64,000 bases of DNA. Source: Bacteriovoracia bacterium. Lineage in GTDB: Bacteria; Bdellovibrionota; UBA1018; JBFWNL01. The position numbers and the translations under genes are program-made. Below the pieces are notes generated by a model. The model ran no database searches, was not told the DNA's origin, and saw nothing but the letters and a program-made list of their open reading frames with translations. Shown here piece after piece: positions 1 through 8,103 of this stretch. Position 1 is the first letter of the stretch. Each line of letters starts with the position of its first letter. The DNA lies in contig JBFWNL010000006.1 of the NCBI GenBank assembly GCA_050251055.1, forward strand, positions 1 through 64,000, given 5' to 3'.

Positions 1-634
1 CCCGCCGCGTCCGGGCGGCTGGCGTCGTGACCGGCGTGGGCACCGCGGCCGCCGCCTCGCCGGGCGTCGCTACTGCGACCGGCGTGGGAATCGGCTTGGG
101 CTTAGTGATGACTTCGATCGGCGGCAGCGAGACCTTGATTTCTTCCTTGGGCTTCGCCTGGGTGATGGTCACCGTCTGTTCCTTGGACTTCAGGATGATC
201 TTGTCCGTTTTAGATTCCCCGCTGACCTGACCGGCGACGACGTCGATGGTGCGGGAGCGCGAGATACCGCCAAGGGAAAGGCGGGAATCGAAGACCAGCT
301 TGATCATGGTTTTCGGGCTCAGCTGGATGGCGCTGCCGTCCTTCAAGGTGATGGTCGCCGTGCTTTCGGGTCCCGTCACCAGGGTATCGTAGTTGTAGAG
401 ATCGGTGTTGGCTTCGACGGGTTCAAACGAGTTTTGATTGGTCGTCTTGCGCTTGATCGTCCCCGCCTTGATCGTGAGCTTTCCGATCTGCTCCTGGTCC
501 TGCTCGAAGCGGTTACCGAAGATGTACTTTTGCAGCGGGAAGTTCGTGACGTAAATGTAGGACGCGCCCGAAAAGAGCAGGAACGCAAAAATCAGGATGA
601 GTACTTCGGATGGCTTGAGTTTTAGACCTTCCAT
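1..634 (-). CDS. FecR-domain membrane protein (3' end runs off window)
   Basis: Not in ORF track; hand translation from ATG 634: MEGLKLKPSEVLILIFAFLLFSGASYIY (TM) then DLYNYDTLVTGPESTATITLKDGSAIQLSPKTMIKL (FecR-like), then a Pro/Thr/Ala-rich linker; no stop before position 1. Confidence 0.7.
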   Translation of the reverse strand, partial: MEGLKLKPSEVLILIFAFLLFSGASYIYVTNFPLQKYIFGNRFEQDQEQIGKLTIKAGTIKRKTTNQNSFEPVEANTDLYNYDTLVTGPESTATITLKDGSAIQLSPKTMIKLVFDSRLSLGGISRSRTIDVVAGQVSGESKTDKIILKSKEQTVTITQAKPKEEIKVSLPPIEVITKPKPIPTPVAVATPGEAAAAVPTPVTTPAARTRR

Positions 635-649
635 CTCGTTTCCAGGTAA

Positions 650-2551
650 TCAGCCGGGGAAGAGCGTGGCCGCCGCCAGCGTGATGTCGTCGTCCAGGGG
701 TTTTTTTCCGTTATGCTTCGAGAAGTCTTTAATGAGAGAGTTAATGATCGATTCCGGTCCGGCCGAAAGATTCGCGTTAATCATGTTACGCATTTGCTTT
801 TTCCCGTACATCTGGCCGTCGGTGTTCTTGCCTTCGATGATTCCATCCGTATACAGAAACAGCACGTCGCCCGGGGTAATCGCGATGGATTTTTCCTCGT
901 AAGGCGGGACGTCGGTGTTCTCGCCCAGGCGCTGGCCCTTGGCGGTTAAGCTCTGCAGCTCGAATTTCGCGCCGGTTTTCTTGAAAAGCCAAGGCGGGTT
1001 GTGTCCGGCGCTCGCGTAGGTGAGCGTTTTTTTATTGAAGTCGATCACGCCCGCGAAAAACGTCATCATGATCTTGCCCGAGGCGGCGTCGTGCACGACG
1101 CGATTGGCGTAAGCCAGCATCGCGCCCGGCGAGAGCGAGAACTGCGGGTTTTCTTGCGCGATTTTATGCATGACGCTGAAGCAGCTGCGGGCGGAGGCGG
1201 TGATGAGCGCGCTGGGCAGTCCGTGGCCGGTGGCGTCGGCGATGAAGAGCGCCACGCGGTTATTCACGCTGAAGAATCCCCACCAGTCGCCGCCGCACTC
1301 GGACGCCGACTGATAGTGGCTTTGGATCAGGATGTTCTTGTCACGGAACTTGGGTGGGGGAAGCAGGGTCTGCTGCACGGTTGAGGCGATGGCCAATTCC
1401 CCTTCGATCCGCACCTTCTCGACGCTCTCTTTGATCAGCTCGCTGATCTTGGAGGACATGACGTTGAACGAGGTGGAGAGCGCGCCGATTTCGTCTCGGC
1501 TCGAGGCGCGTAGCTGCAGGCTGAAATTCCCGGCCGCTACTTCCTTCGTGGCGTCGTATAGCTTCTTGAGGGGCGCCGTGAGCGTTTTCGAGAAGAAAAG
1601 CGCGAAGACGATACCGATGCCGATGGCGGCGGCGGCGAGCACGAGCGAATTGATGATCAGCGTATAGGTCGATTGAATGGCTTTTTCCCAGCTGATCCGG
1701 GTCATGACCACGAGGTTGAAACCCAGGCGTTTGAAGCTGCCCAGGAAGTGACCGCGGTCGGTGGTGTATTCCTGCGCGCCTTCGTTCACCGGTGATTTGA
1801 CGGCGCTTAAAAAGAGGGGGTCTTCGGAGACGTTTTTGTTGCCGACCATTGCTTCGGGATCGGTGTCGTACAAGGTCCAGCCGGCCATGTTGGCGATGGT
1901 GATGTCGGCGCCCTTCAAGTCGGCGAGGAAGCCTTCGAGTTGAATGAATCCGATGGCGATCGGCATGCCGTTGGGGTTGCCCTTGTTCGTGCTGTCGGCG
2001 ATCACGATGCCGAGTAGTGGTGCGCCGACGTTGGAGAGGTTGAAGAACGCGAACTTGATCTTGTCCTGATTTTCCTTGTTTTCTTGGGTGAGCTCTTCCT
2101 TGGCGATTTTGAACCACTCGGGTTTGATGTCCCAATCCTCGTCCTTAAAAGTAGAGGCCCCGGAAGTTTTGCGCACCACGCGGGTAATAAGTTTCGAGTC
2201 GCCGCTCTCGGGCTTCAGGAGCTTGAGCGTAACGGCGGACAGCTCGCTCTGGTTGGCGATGACGTTGTCGAGCGCCGCCTTGTCTCGCTCCGTGGGTTGC
2301 CGATAGGGATCCACCGACGCCAGGGACTGCTTGAGCGTATCGAACGCCTTCTGGGCGATGTTTTTGAATTCGTTGGCCGCGAGCAAGCTCTGCGTTCCCT
2401 GGACCTGGTAGATGTAGGCGCGCTTGTCTTCCGTGATGAGAAAACGGAACGAAAGCGCGAGGAAGCCAATGACTATGACTAAGAGCAGCACTACGCTGAT
2501 CAGAAGTTTGGTACCCAGCGAGAAGGATACTTTAATTTGGTCTTGCTCCAC
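650..2551 (-). CDS. Membrane HAMP + SpoIIE/RsbU-type PP2C serine phosphatase
   Basis: Two TM helices flanking an extracytoplasmic domain, HAMP (LTAPLKKL...DEIGAL), PP2C motifs GGDWW, IADATGHG, SAGHNP, LYTDGI, DDDIT; start moved to GTG 2551. Confidence 0.9.
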   Translation of the reverse strand: MEQDQIKVSFSLGTKLLISVVLLLVIVIGFLALSFRFLITEDKRAYIYQVQGTQSLLAANEFKNIAQKAFDTLKQSLASVDPYRQPTERDKAALDNVIANQSELSAVTLKLLKPESGDSKLITRVVRKTSGASTFKDEDWDIKPEWFKIAKEELTQENKENQDKIKFAFFNLSNVGAPLLGIVIADSTNKGNPNGMPIAIGFIQLEGFLADLKGADITIANMAGWTLYDTDPEAMVGNKNVSEDPLFLSAVKSPVNEGAQEYTTDRGHFLGSFKRLGFNLVVMTRISWEKAIQSTYTLIINSLVLAAAAIGIGIVFALFFSKTLTAPLKKLYDATKEVAAGNFSLQLRASSRDEIGALSTSFNVMSSKISELIKESVEKVRIEGELAIASTVQQTLLPPPKFRDKNILIQSHYQSASECGGDWWGFFSVNNRVALFIADATGHGLPSALITASARSCFSVMHKIAQENPQFSLSPGAMLAYANRVVHDAASGKIMMTFFAGVIDFNKKTLTYASAGHNPPWLFKKTGAKFELQSLTAKGQRLGENTDVPPYEEKSIAITPGDVLFLYTDGIIEGKNTDGQMYGKKQMRNMINANLSAGPESIINSLIKDFSKHNGKKPLDDDITLAAATLFPG

Positions 2552-2606
2552 GCCTCTATTTTCACTAAAATTTTGCGGAGATACAACCCACTTGAGGCAA
2601 ATAACC

Positions 2607-3071
2607 GTGCTAAATGTCGTCAAAGAACAAAAAGGCAATGTCTTACTGGTTCGGCTCACCGGATCGATCGAAGAAAGTGTGGATTTCGCTCAACTAATTG
2701 GTCAGATTGGTAACGAACTCCATGTTCATTGCAAGGGTGTACCGCGGATCAATTCCGTTGGCGTTAAAGCCTGGATCCAATATTTCAAGGGGTTGCAAGC
2801 CAAAGGCGTGAAGCTGAAGTTCATTGAGTGCTCCACCGCCATAGTTGAGCAAGTTAATCTTATCTCGAACTTCACCTGCGGCGGCGAGGTCGAATCCATT
2901 TACGTTCCCTTCTCCTGCGACAACTGCAAAAGCGAGCTCGTGGGATTGTTCAAGACCGATGCGTTGAAGAAGGTGGAATTCCAAATTCCCGGCTTGAAGT
3001 GCACGAAGTGCGGCGGCCAGGCGGTTTTTGACGACATTCCGGAAGAGTATTTTAACTTTTTAATGAAGTAG
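2607..3071 (+). CDS. STAS-like (anti-anti-sigma-like) protein with C-terminal CxxC-x24-CxxC zinc ribbon
   Basis: GTG 2607 preceded by GAGG; LTGSIEE and CKGVPRINSVGVKAW resemble the STAS phosphoacceptor region; CDNC and CTKC. Confidence 0.7.
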   Translation: MLNVVKEQKGNVLLVRLTGSIEESVDFAQLIGQIGNELHVHCKGVPRINSVGVKAWIQYFKGLQAKGVKLKFIECSTAIVEQVNLISNFTCGGEVESIYVPFSCDNCKSELVGLFKTDALKKVEFQIPGLKCTKCGGQAVFDDIPEEYFNFLMK

Positions 3072-3093
3072 TGGCGGGGACGCGGGATTCGGA

Positions 3094-4068
3094 TTGAGCA
3101 ACAAGCTACTAGTCGTATCAGATAACGCCGGCGATCTAGAGTTCGCCAAGGCCGCCGCCGAAACGAGCGGGCTGGAAGTCCAGAAGGAAGCCAACCCTGA
3201 ACGCGCGGCGGAGATCATTCGGGACGAAAACGTGCGCGTGATCTTCGTTGATTGCGCGGACGAAGCGACTTTTTTTAAATTCGAAGCCGCGATTCGCGAT
3301 AAAGTCGGCCTTTTTTCCGACAAGATCAACGCGAATTCGATGCATTATCTCAGTTCGCAAGACTTGCAGAATATCCAAGGCATTTTCCAGAGCCCCATCT
3401 TCGGCCACTATATTTTCCGTAATTTCGGGGATCCGCCGACGGCGGGTCGCCGTTACGGACAGATTTTAAAAGCGACGCTGCTCGATCGCTCGTTCGGCCT
3501 GCAGCACTTCTTTCCGGAAGCCACCAAGGTACAGCGCGTGGTGTTTGAGCACTCCCTGAAGAAGCAGGAAGGCGTCGAAGCGGTTAAGAATTACCTGCTC
3601 GCGGCCAATTTCAAGACGCGCATGGCGACCGTCATCGCCAACGCCGTGGACGAGCTCTTGATGAACGCGATGTATGACGCTCCCGTCGACGCGATGGGGA
3701 AAGCCCTTTATGTCGCCACCCCTCGCAACACGCCGATTGATCTCAAGGATAAGCACGCGGTCGAAATGCACGTTGCCTTCGACAAGGACTATGTCGCGGT
3801 GACCGCGGTCGATCATTTCGGAAGCTTGGATAAGGTGAAACTCTTTTCGCATATGTCCAAGCGTTACATCGAGGAAGAGTACAAGGTGAAGACCTCGGTC
3901 GCGGGCGCGGGAATCGGGTTGGCCACGGTTTTCCGTTCGGGCGGTAGCTTCTGTTTCGCCAGCGAGGCGGGGGTGAAAACCGAGGTTACGGTGTTCTTCA
4001 AGCGCACGGACAATTTCCGTGAATTCAAAGACCAGTTCCGCTTTATTTCCACTCAGTTTTACTTTTAG
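3094..4068 (+). CDS. Receiver-like N-terminus fused to RsbW-like GHKL ATPase/Ser kinase
   Basis: KLLVVSD...VIFVD receiver-like start; DELLMNAMYD N-box, VDHFGSL, GAGIGL G2-box. Confidence 0.65.
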   Translation: MSNKLLVVSDNAGDLEFAKAAAETSGLEVQKEANPERAAEIIRDENVRVIFVDCADEATFFKFEAAIRDKVGLFSDKINANSMHYLSSQDLQNIQGIFQSPIFGHYIFRNFGDPPTAGRRYGQILKATLLDRSFGLQHFFPEATKVQRVVFEHSLKKQEGVEAVKNYLLAANFKTRMATVIANAVDELLMNAMYDAPVDAMGKALYVATPRNTPIDLKDKHAVEMHVAFDKDYVAVTAVDHFGSLDKVKLFSHMSKRYIEEEYKVKTSVAGAGIGLATVFRSGGSFCFASEAGVKTEVTVFFKRTDNFREFKDQFRFISTQFYF

Positions 4069-4070
4069 GC

Positions 4071-4670
4071 ATGAAACCGGGAAAGCCCGCATTGATATTG
4101 GCGTCCGGCTCCCCTCGGCGGATGGAGTTGCTGCGCGCGGCGGGGTACCGTCCGCGGGTGTTCGTGCCCGACGTGGATGAAAATCCCAAACGGGGAGAGC
4201 GTCCGGTGGCGCTGGTGCGGCGGCTTTCGCTGGCCAAGGCGCGCGCGGTAGCGGCGCGTTTATCGGGCGCGAGCGTGAAGGGACGGCAGCGCGTGCTCGC
4301 GGCCGACACCATCGTCGTTATTGGTGACGAGATCCTGAACAAGCCCGTGAATCGCGCCGACGCCGTACGGATGATCCGCAAGCTCGCGGGCCGCTGGCAC
4401 GAGGTTTTTTCGGGCTACGCGATTTTGCATCTGGAAAACGGCCGGGAAGTGCGCGCAGTGAACAAGGTCGTCCGCACGCGCGTGAAGATTCGGCGCATGG
4501 GGCCGAAAGACATCGCGCAGTACCTGGCTATGGGCGAGTCTATGGATAAGGCCGGCGCGTATGCCGCCCAAGGCGCGGGGATGGCGCTGATCGAGGAAAT
4601 CTGGGGCAGTTACACGAATGTGGTGGGCCTGCCGCTCGCGCAGGTGAAGGCGGATCTCGAACGTGGTTGA
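4071..4670 (+). CDS. maf: Maf family nucleotide pyrophosphatase
   Basis: LILASGSPRR, AADTIVV, ILNKP, DKAGAY, NVVGLP. Confidence 0.93.
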   Translation: MKPGKPALILASGSPRRMELLRAAGYRPRVFVPDVDENPKRGERPVALVRRLSLAKARAVAARLSGASVKGRQRVLAADTIVVIGDEILNKPVNRADAVRMIRKLAGRWHEVFSGYAILHLENGREVRAVNKVVRTRVKIRRMGPKDIAQYLAMGESMDKAGAYAAQGAGMALIEEIWGSYTNVVGLPLAQVKADLERG

Positions 4671-5337
4671 AATTTCAGCGAAGTACCGCGAAGTGCAGAA
4701 GAAGGTGGAGCGCGCCAAATCGGCCCGGTTGGGTTCCATGCCCGTGGTCCTGATCGCGGTTTCGAAGACCCGATCCGCCGACGAGATCGAAGTGCTTTAT
4801 CATCTCGGGCATCGTGACTTCGGCGAGAACTACGTGCAGGAGCTGGTGGAAAAAGCCGACGAGCTAGCGGCGCGTGGATGCAAAGACATCCGTTGGCACT
4901 TCATCGGGCATTTGCAGCGCAATAAAGTCAAAGTCCTTCTACCGCACGTGGCGGTGATCCACGCCGTGGATCGAGAAGAGCTGGCGCAGGAGATCTCCAA
5001 ACGGGCGCAGGAGCTGGGTCGGGCCGGCGTGCCCGTCTTCATCGAAGTCAACGTCGACGAGGAGCCCTCCAAAGCCGGGATCCTGCCGGCGGTGTTATCG
5101 AGCGAAGCCGCCAAAATCGCCCGTGTGCCGGGGCTTCAACCCATGGGCATCATGTGCATCCCGAAGGCCGGGGAGGGCGCGGCCGGATTTAAAAAACTGC
5201 GCAAGCTTTCCTATACGATTCGCGATTTCGTGGGACCCGATTTATCGATGGGCATGTCCGACGATTTCGAGGCCGCGATCGCCGAAGGGGCCACCCATAT
5301 TCGTGTCGGGACCGCCATTTTCGGGCCTCGCGCCTAG
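4663..5337 (+). CDS. yggS: YggS family PLP-binding protein
   Basis: IAVSKT, DFGENYVQE, WHFIGHLQRNK, LSMGMSDDF, IRVGTAIFG. Confidence 0.95.
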   Translation: MVEISAKYREVQKKVERAKSARLGSMPVVLIAVSKTRSADEIEVLYHLGHRDFGENYVQELVEKADELAARGCKDIRWHFIGHLQRNKVKVLLPHVAVIHAVDREELAQEISKRAQELGRAGVPVFIEVNVDEEPSKAGILPAVLSSEAAKIARVPGLQPMGIMCIPKAGEGAAGFKKLRKLSYTIRDFVGPDLSMGMSDDFEAAIAEGATHIRVGTAIFGPRA

Positions 5338-5349
5338 TCAAAGCCCCCT

Positions 5350-5379
5350 TTGACATCGCACCTAATTCCGCATACTAAT
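5350..5379 (+). promoter_or_regulatory. Probable sigma70 promoter of tRNA-Arg
   Basis: Perfect TTGACA at 5350-5355; weak -10 candidates (CATACT/TACTAAT) at 5371-5379. Confidence 0.5.
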
Positions 5380-5398
5380 GATGGGTCTCGTTCCATGG

Positions 5399-5475
<77 letters not shown>

Positions 5476-5877
5476 CTTTTGCGTGACGCAAATGTGGCCG
5501 GGCCACAGCGTGTCCCCAGTGGGGACCGCTTGGGCAGGAGCCCAAGCGAGCGAGGACCGCCCCTGCAAAGCGCGCCAGCGCCCCCGAAATAAAGTTCATC
5601 ACCAAAAACCGCGACCACGCCAGTGGGAGCCCGCCAGCGAAGCAAAGCGGAAAAGCGATCCGCGAAGCGGGAGCAAAGAAGAGAGCAAACGTCCCCCAAA
5701 AGAAAAAGAGGCGACCTGCGAAGCAGGAGCCCGAAGCCAAAAGCCCCAAAAAAAGCGCCCTGCGAAGCAGGAGCAAAACCAAAAATACTCCCCCCTCGAT
5801 AAACCACCCAACGTCAAAAATCCGTCACCCGGCCCCCACCCCTCCAGCCCCCCACCCAAACAACCGAAAAGCCAAGC
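5476..5877. repeat. T-depleted array of short hairpins each followed by GAGC
   Basis: CCTGCGAAGCAGGAGC exact at 5715 and 5759; variants CCGCGAAGCGGGAGC at 5660 and CCACGCCAGTGGGAGC at 5615; further hairpins at 5473-5497, 5512-5526, 5527-5548. Confidence 0.75.
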
Positions 5878-6795
5878 GTGATCCTCCGCGCCTTAGTCAT
5901 CCTTTCTCTCCCCGCGCTCGCTGCGTACGCCCAGGCGGACCCGCCGACGCTCGAAGAGCAGCTGGAAATCATTTTTAAGCAGTCCGAGCTGTTGCCCGTG
6001 CTCGCGGGCGTGAAGCCCATCAGTACGATCGAGCTCCCCATCTACGCGACCGCGGAACCCGCGTCGCAGGACGCGGCTTTTCAATTCACCCAGCTGGATC
6101 TCACCGATCCGATCGACCGCCAGCGGTTTTCCGCCAGCAACGAAAAGTACGCCGCCCACGTGCGGGCGTTTTACGCGCGCCTAGCCGAGGCCCAGCAGAA
6201 CGGGCCGCTCCGAAATCCCGAGGTGGAATTCATCTACTTCCTGGAGCACAACGGGCTAAAGCCCAACGTCGCCGTGGTGAACCGCTCGGCCTTGCAGCGA
6301 TTGCTTGAGGATCCGGCGGCCATGAAGGTGCTGGCCGAATATGGGGACAGAACGCCGAAAACCGTCGACGAGGCGTTAAAGATGTTCCGACAGGCGGCAG
6401 ATTCGGGTGGATTTTATCGAGGACCGGCCAGCGCTCAGGCAATGGTTGGGATCCTATTGGGTTACCCGCCGGCGGACGTTCGCTTGTATGCGCAAGAAGT
6501 CAGTAGCAACGCGAAAAATTCCTTTCCCCGCTTGGCGCATCCGTCTGGGAAGTCGGGTTTCGGTCCGCGCGATTCCGAGGCTTACCTGGGAAGTTTCGCG
6601 AATCTTACGCGGGAGAACTCCGCCGATAAGGCCTTGCTGCACGAATCGGGCAGCCGGGCGTTGGCGCATTTCAAGCGGCTACGCGGCCAGGGACAATCTT
6701 ACGTGCAAATCTTCAACCGAGGTCCTGAAATGCGAACGGAATTGAACTCGATCTTCCGGTCGCAGTGCGTGCGAAGTCGCCTGGGCTCGCCTTGA
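5878..6795 (+). CDS. Hypothetical secreted protein
   Basis: 305-aa ORF, signal peptide MILRALVILSLPALAAYAQA, GILLGYPPADV motif; no clear RBS. Confidence 0.65.
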   Translation: MILRALVILSLPALAAYAQADPPTLEEQLEIIFKQSELLPVLAGVKPISTIELPIYATAEPASQDAAFQFTQLDLTDPIDRQRFSASNEKYAAHVRAFYARLAEAQQNGPLRNPEVEFIYFLEHNGLKPNVAVVNRSALQRLLEDPAAMKVLAEYGDRTPKTVDEALKMFRQAADSGGFYRGPASAQAMVGILLGYPPADVRLYAQEVSSNAKNSFPRLAHPSGKSGFGPRDSEAYLGSFANLTRENSADKALLHESGSRALAHFKRLRGQGQSYVQIFNRGPEMRTELNSIFRSQCVRSRLGSP

Positions 6796-7326
6796 TCAGG
6801 GTTTTTCGACGATACCCTTGAGCTTAGTCAGGCCTTTTTCGAACATCCCGCCCACCATCTTGTCCATATCCATGAACACGCACATGATTCGGCCCATGAA
6901 CGAGTTCTTTCCCCGCACGAGCCACGTCACGGTCGTTTCGCCGCCCGAAGTCTTCACCAGGTATTCCGCGTCTTGGGTCATCTGAAAGGGTTTTTGGTAG
7001 TCGAGCTTGATCGCGACTTTTTGGTTCGGAATGCTTTCGACGATCGTGGCGCTGCCCGTGCCCAGCTTTTCTCCGCCGTCCCAGCTCGTACGTGAGCCCA
7101 CCCCGGCATCCGGTCCCGTGTACGTCATCGAAGCCTGGGGATCTTCCTCCTGCCAGGGGCTCCAGGCACCGGCTAACTTGGAGTTGTTGAGATAGGGAAA
7201 AACCTTATCCACGGGAGCCTGCATCGTCATCTCGCGCGAGATCACGTAGTCCGCCGGTTGCAACGCGACGTAACCCAAGAACAAAACTAAAACCGCGATT
7301 AATCCGAAGGCGATCTTTTTTCCCAT
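6796..7326 (-). CDS. SRPBCC (polyketide cyclase/START-like) family protein
   Basis: N-terminal TM, ISREMTMQAP, WSPW, GVGSRTSW, FEKGLTKLK; GGAGAG RBS. Confidence 0.88.
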   Translation of the reverse strand: MGKKIAFGLIAVLVLFLGYVALQPADYVISREMTMQAPVDKVFPYLNNSKLAGAWSPWQEEDPQASMTYTGPDAGVGSRTSWDGGEKLGTGSATIVESIPNQKVAIKLDYQKPFQMTQDAEYLVKTSGGETTVTWLVRGKNSFMGRIMCVFMDMDKMVGGMFEKGLTKLKGIVEKP

Positions 7327-7426
7327 TTTCTCTCCCTGTGTTTTTTCCCATTATACTTGAAATTCCAGGTTTCGCTTGGGCAATTTCCGGGGAAGAGAAA
7401 AACCATCCGTAAAGAGGGAGCGTGCT

Positions 7427-7912
7427 TCACGCCGCGCGTAGGCGTGGGCGATGTTTGCGAGTGGCGTAGGAACCCGCTAATTCGGCTTTGGCCAGTACGT
7501 GACTTTCCATCCGTTCCGCCACTACGCCGGGATCCAGGCCCGCCGGAAGCGCGAGATTCGCATCGAGCGCGTATAAGGTAAAAACGTAGTGATGAGAGCC
7601 TCCTCCTAGGGGTGGCTGCGGACCGCGATAACCCACCCGACCGAACGAATTCACGCCTTGGTCGGCTTGGATCGGTGATTCAAGATGTAAAAAGGTGGGA
7701 ATGTCGGCCGGCAACGACTTAATCGCCGGGGAAATATTGTAAATGATCCAGTGATTGAAAGCCTGATCGGTGTCCTCGCAGGTTAAGACCAAGCTGCGAC
7801 AGCCTTCGGGCAGATCGGACCACTCGAGGCGGGGAGAGATGTTTTCGGCGTCGGAAGTCACGTGGTTCGGGAGCTCGTATCCGTCGTTGAATTCTGGGCT
7901 GGTGAGTTTCAT
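7427..7912 (-). CDS. YbhB/YbcL Raf kinase inhibitor-like (PEBP) protein
   Basis: MKLTSPEF, ENISPRLEW, FNHWIIYNI, YRGPQPP, HHYVFTLYALD; AAGGAG RBS before ATG 7912. Confidence 0.9.
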   Translation of the reverse strand: MKLTSPEFNDGYELPNHVTSDAENISPRLEWSDLPEGCRSLVLTCEDTDQAFNHWIIYNISPAIKSLPADIPTFLHLESPIQADQGVNSFGRVGYRGPQPPLGGGSHHYVFTLYALDANLALPAGLDPGVVAERMESHVLAKAELAGSYATRKHRPRLRAA

Positions 7913-8021
7913 TTCTAGTCTCCTTGGAAAGGGCGTATCTGTCCTTTTGTTTTCAAAAATTGTCCCAAACTTTCCCGGAAAACGGGGGTGATGGGATCCC
8001 GATGCGTGCGGGGAGGAAATC

Positions 8022-8037
8022 TGCAACTCGGGTGCCA
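8022..8037 (-). promoter_or_regulatory. sigma54 (-24/-12) promoter for the YbhB gene
   Basis: Minus strand reads TGGCAC-CCGAG-TTGCA, matching TGGCAC-N5-TTGC. Confidence 0.7.
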
Positions 8038-8074
8038 GAAAATGAAAAGGCCCCGGATCCGCACCCGGGGCCTT
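8038..8074 (-). terminator. Rho-independent terminator of 8104..9186
   Basis: AAGGCCCCGG/CCGGGGCCTT stem followed by a U-rich tract on the minus strand. Confidence 0.75.
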
Positions 8075-8103
8075 CCCAATAAAAACAGATTGATTCAGGG
8101 CGA

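Noticed and set aside
5680-5730. c-di-GMP-I riboswitch (GCAAAC motif)
   Set aside because: The GNRA/receptor stems and downstream GCAAAGC-P1 pairing could not be built
5615-5774. CRISPR array reading of the hairpin repeats
   Set aside because: Repeats are only ~16 nt and degenerate, linkers are low-complexity and partly similar to each other, and there are no cas genes in the window
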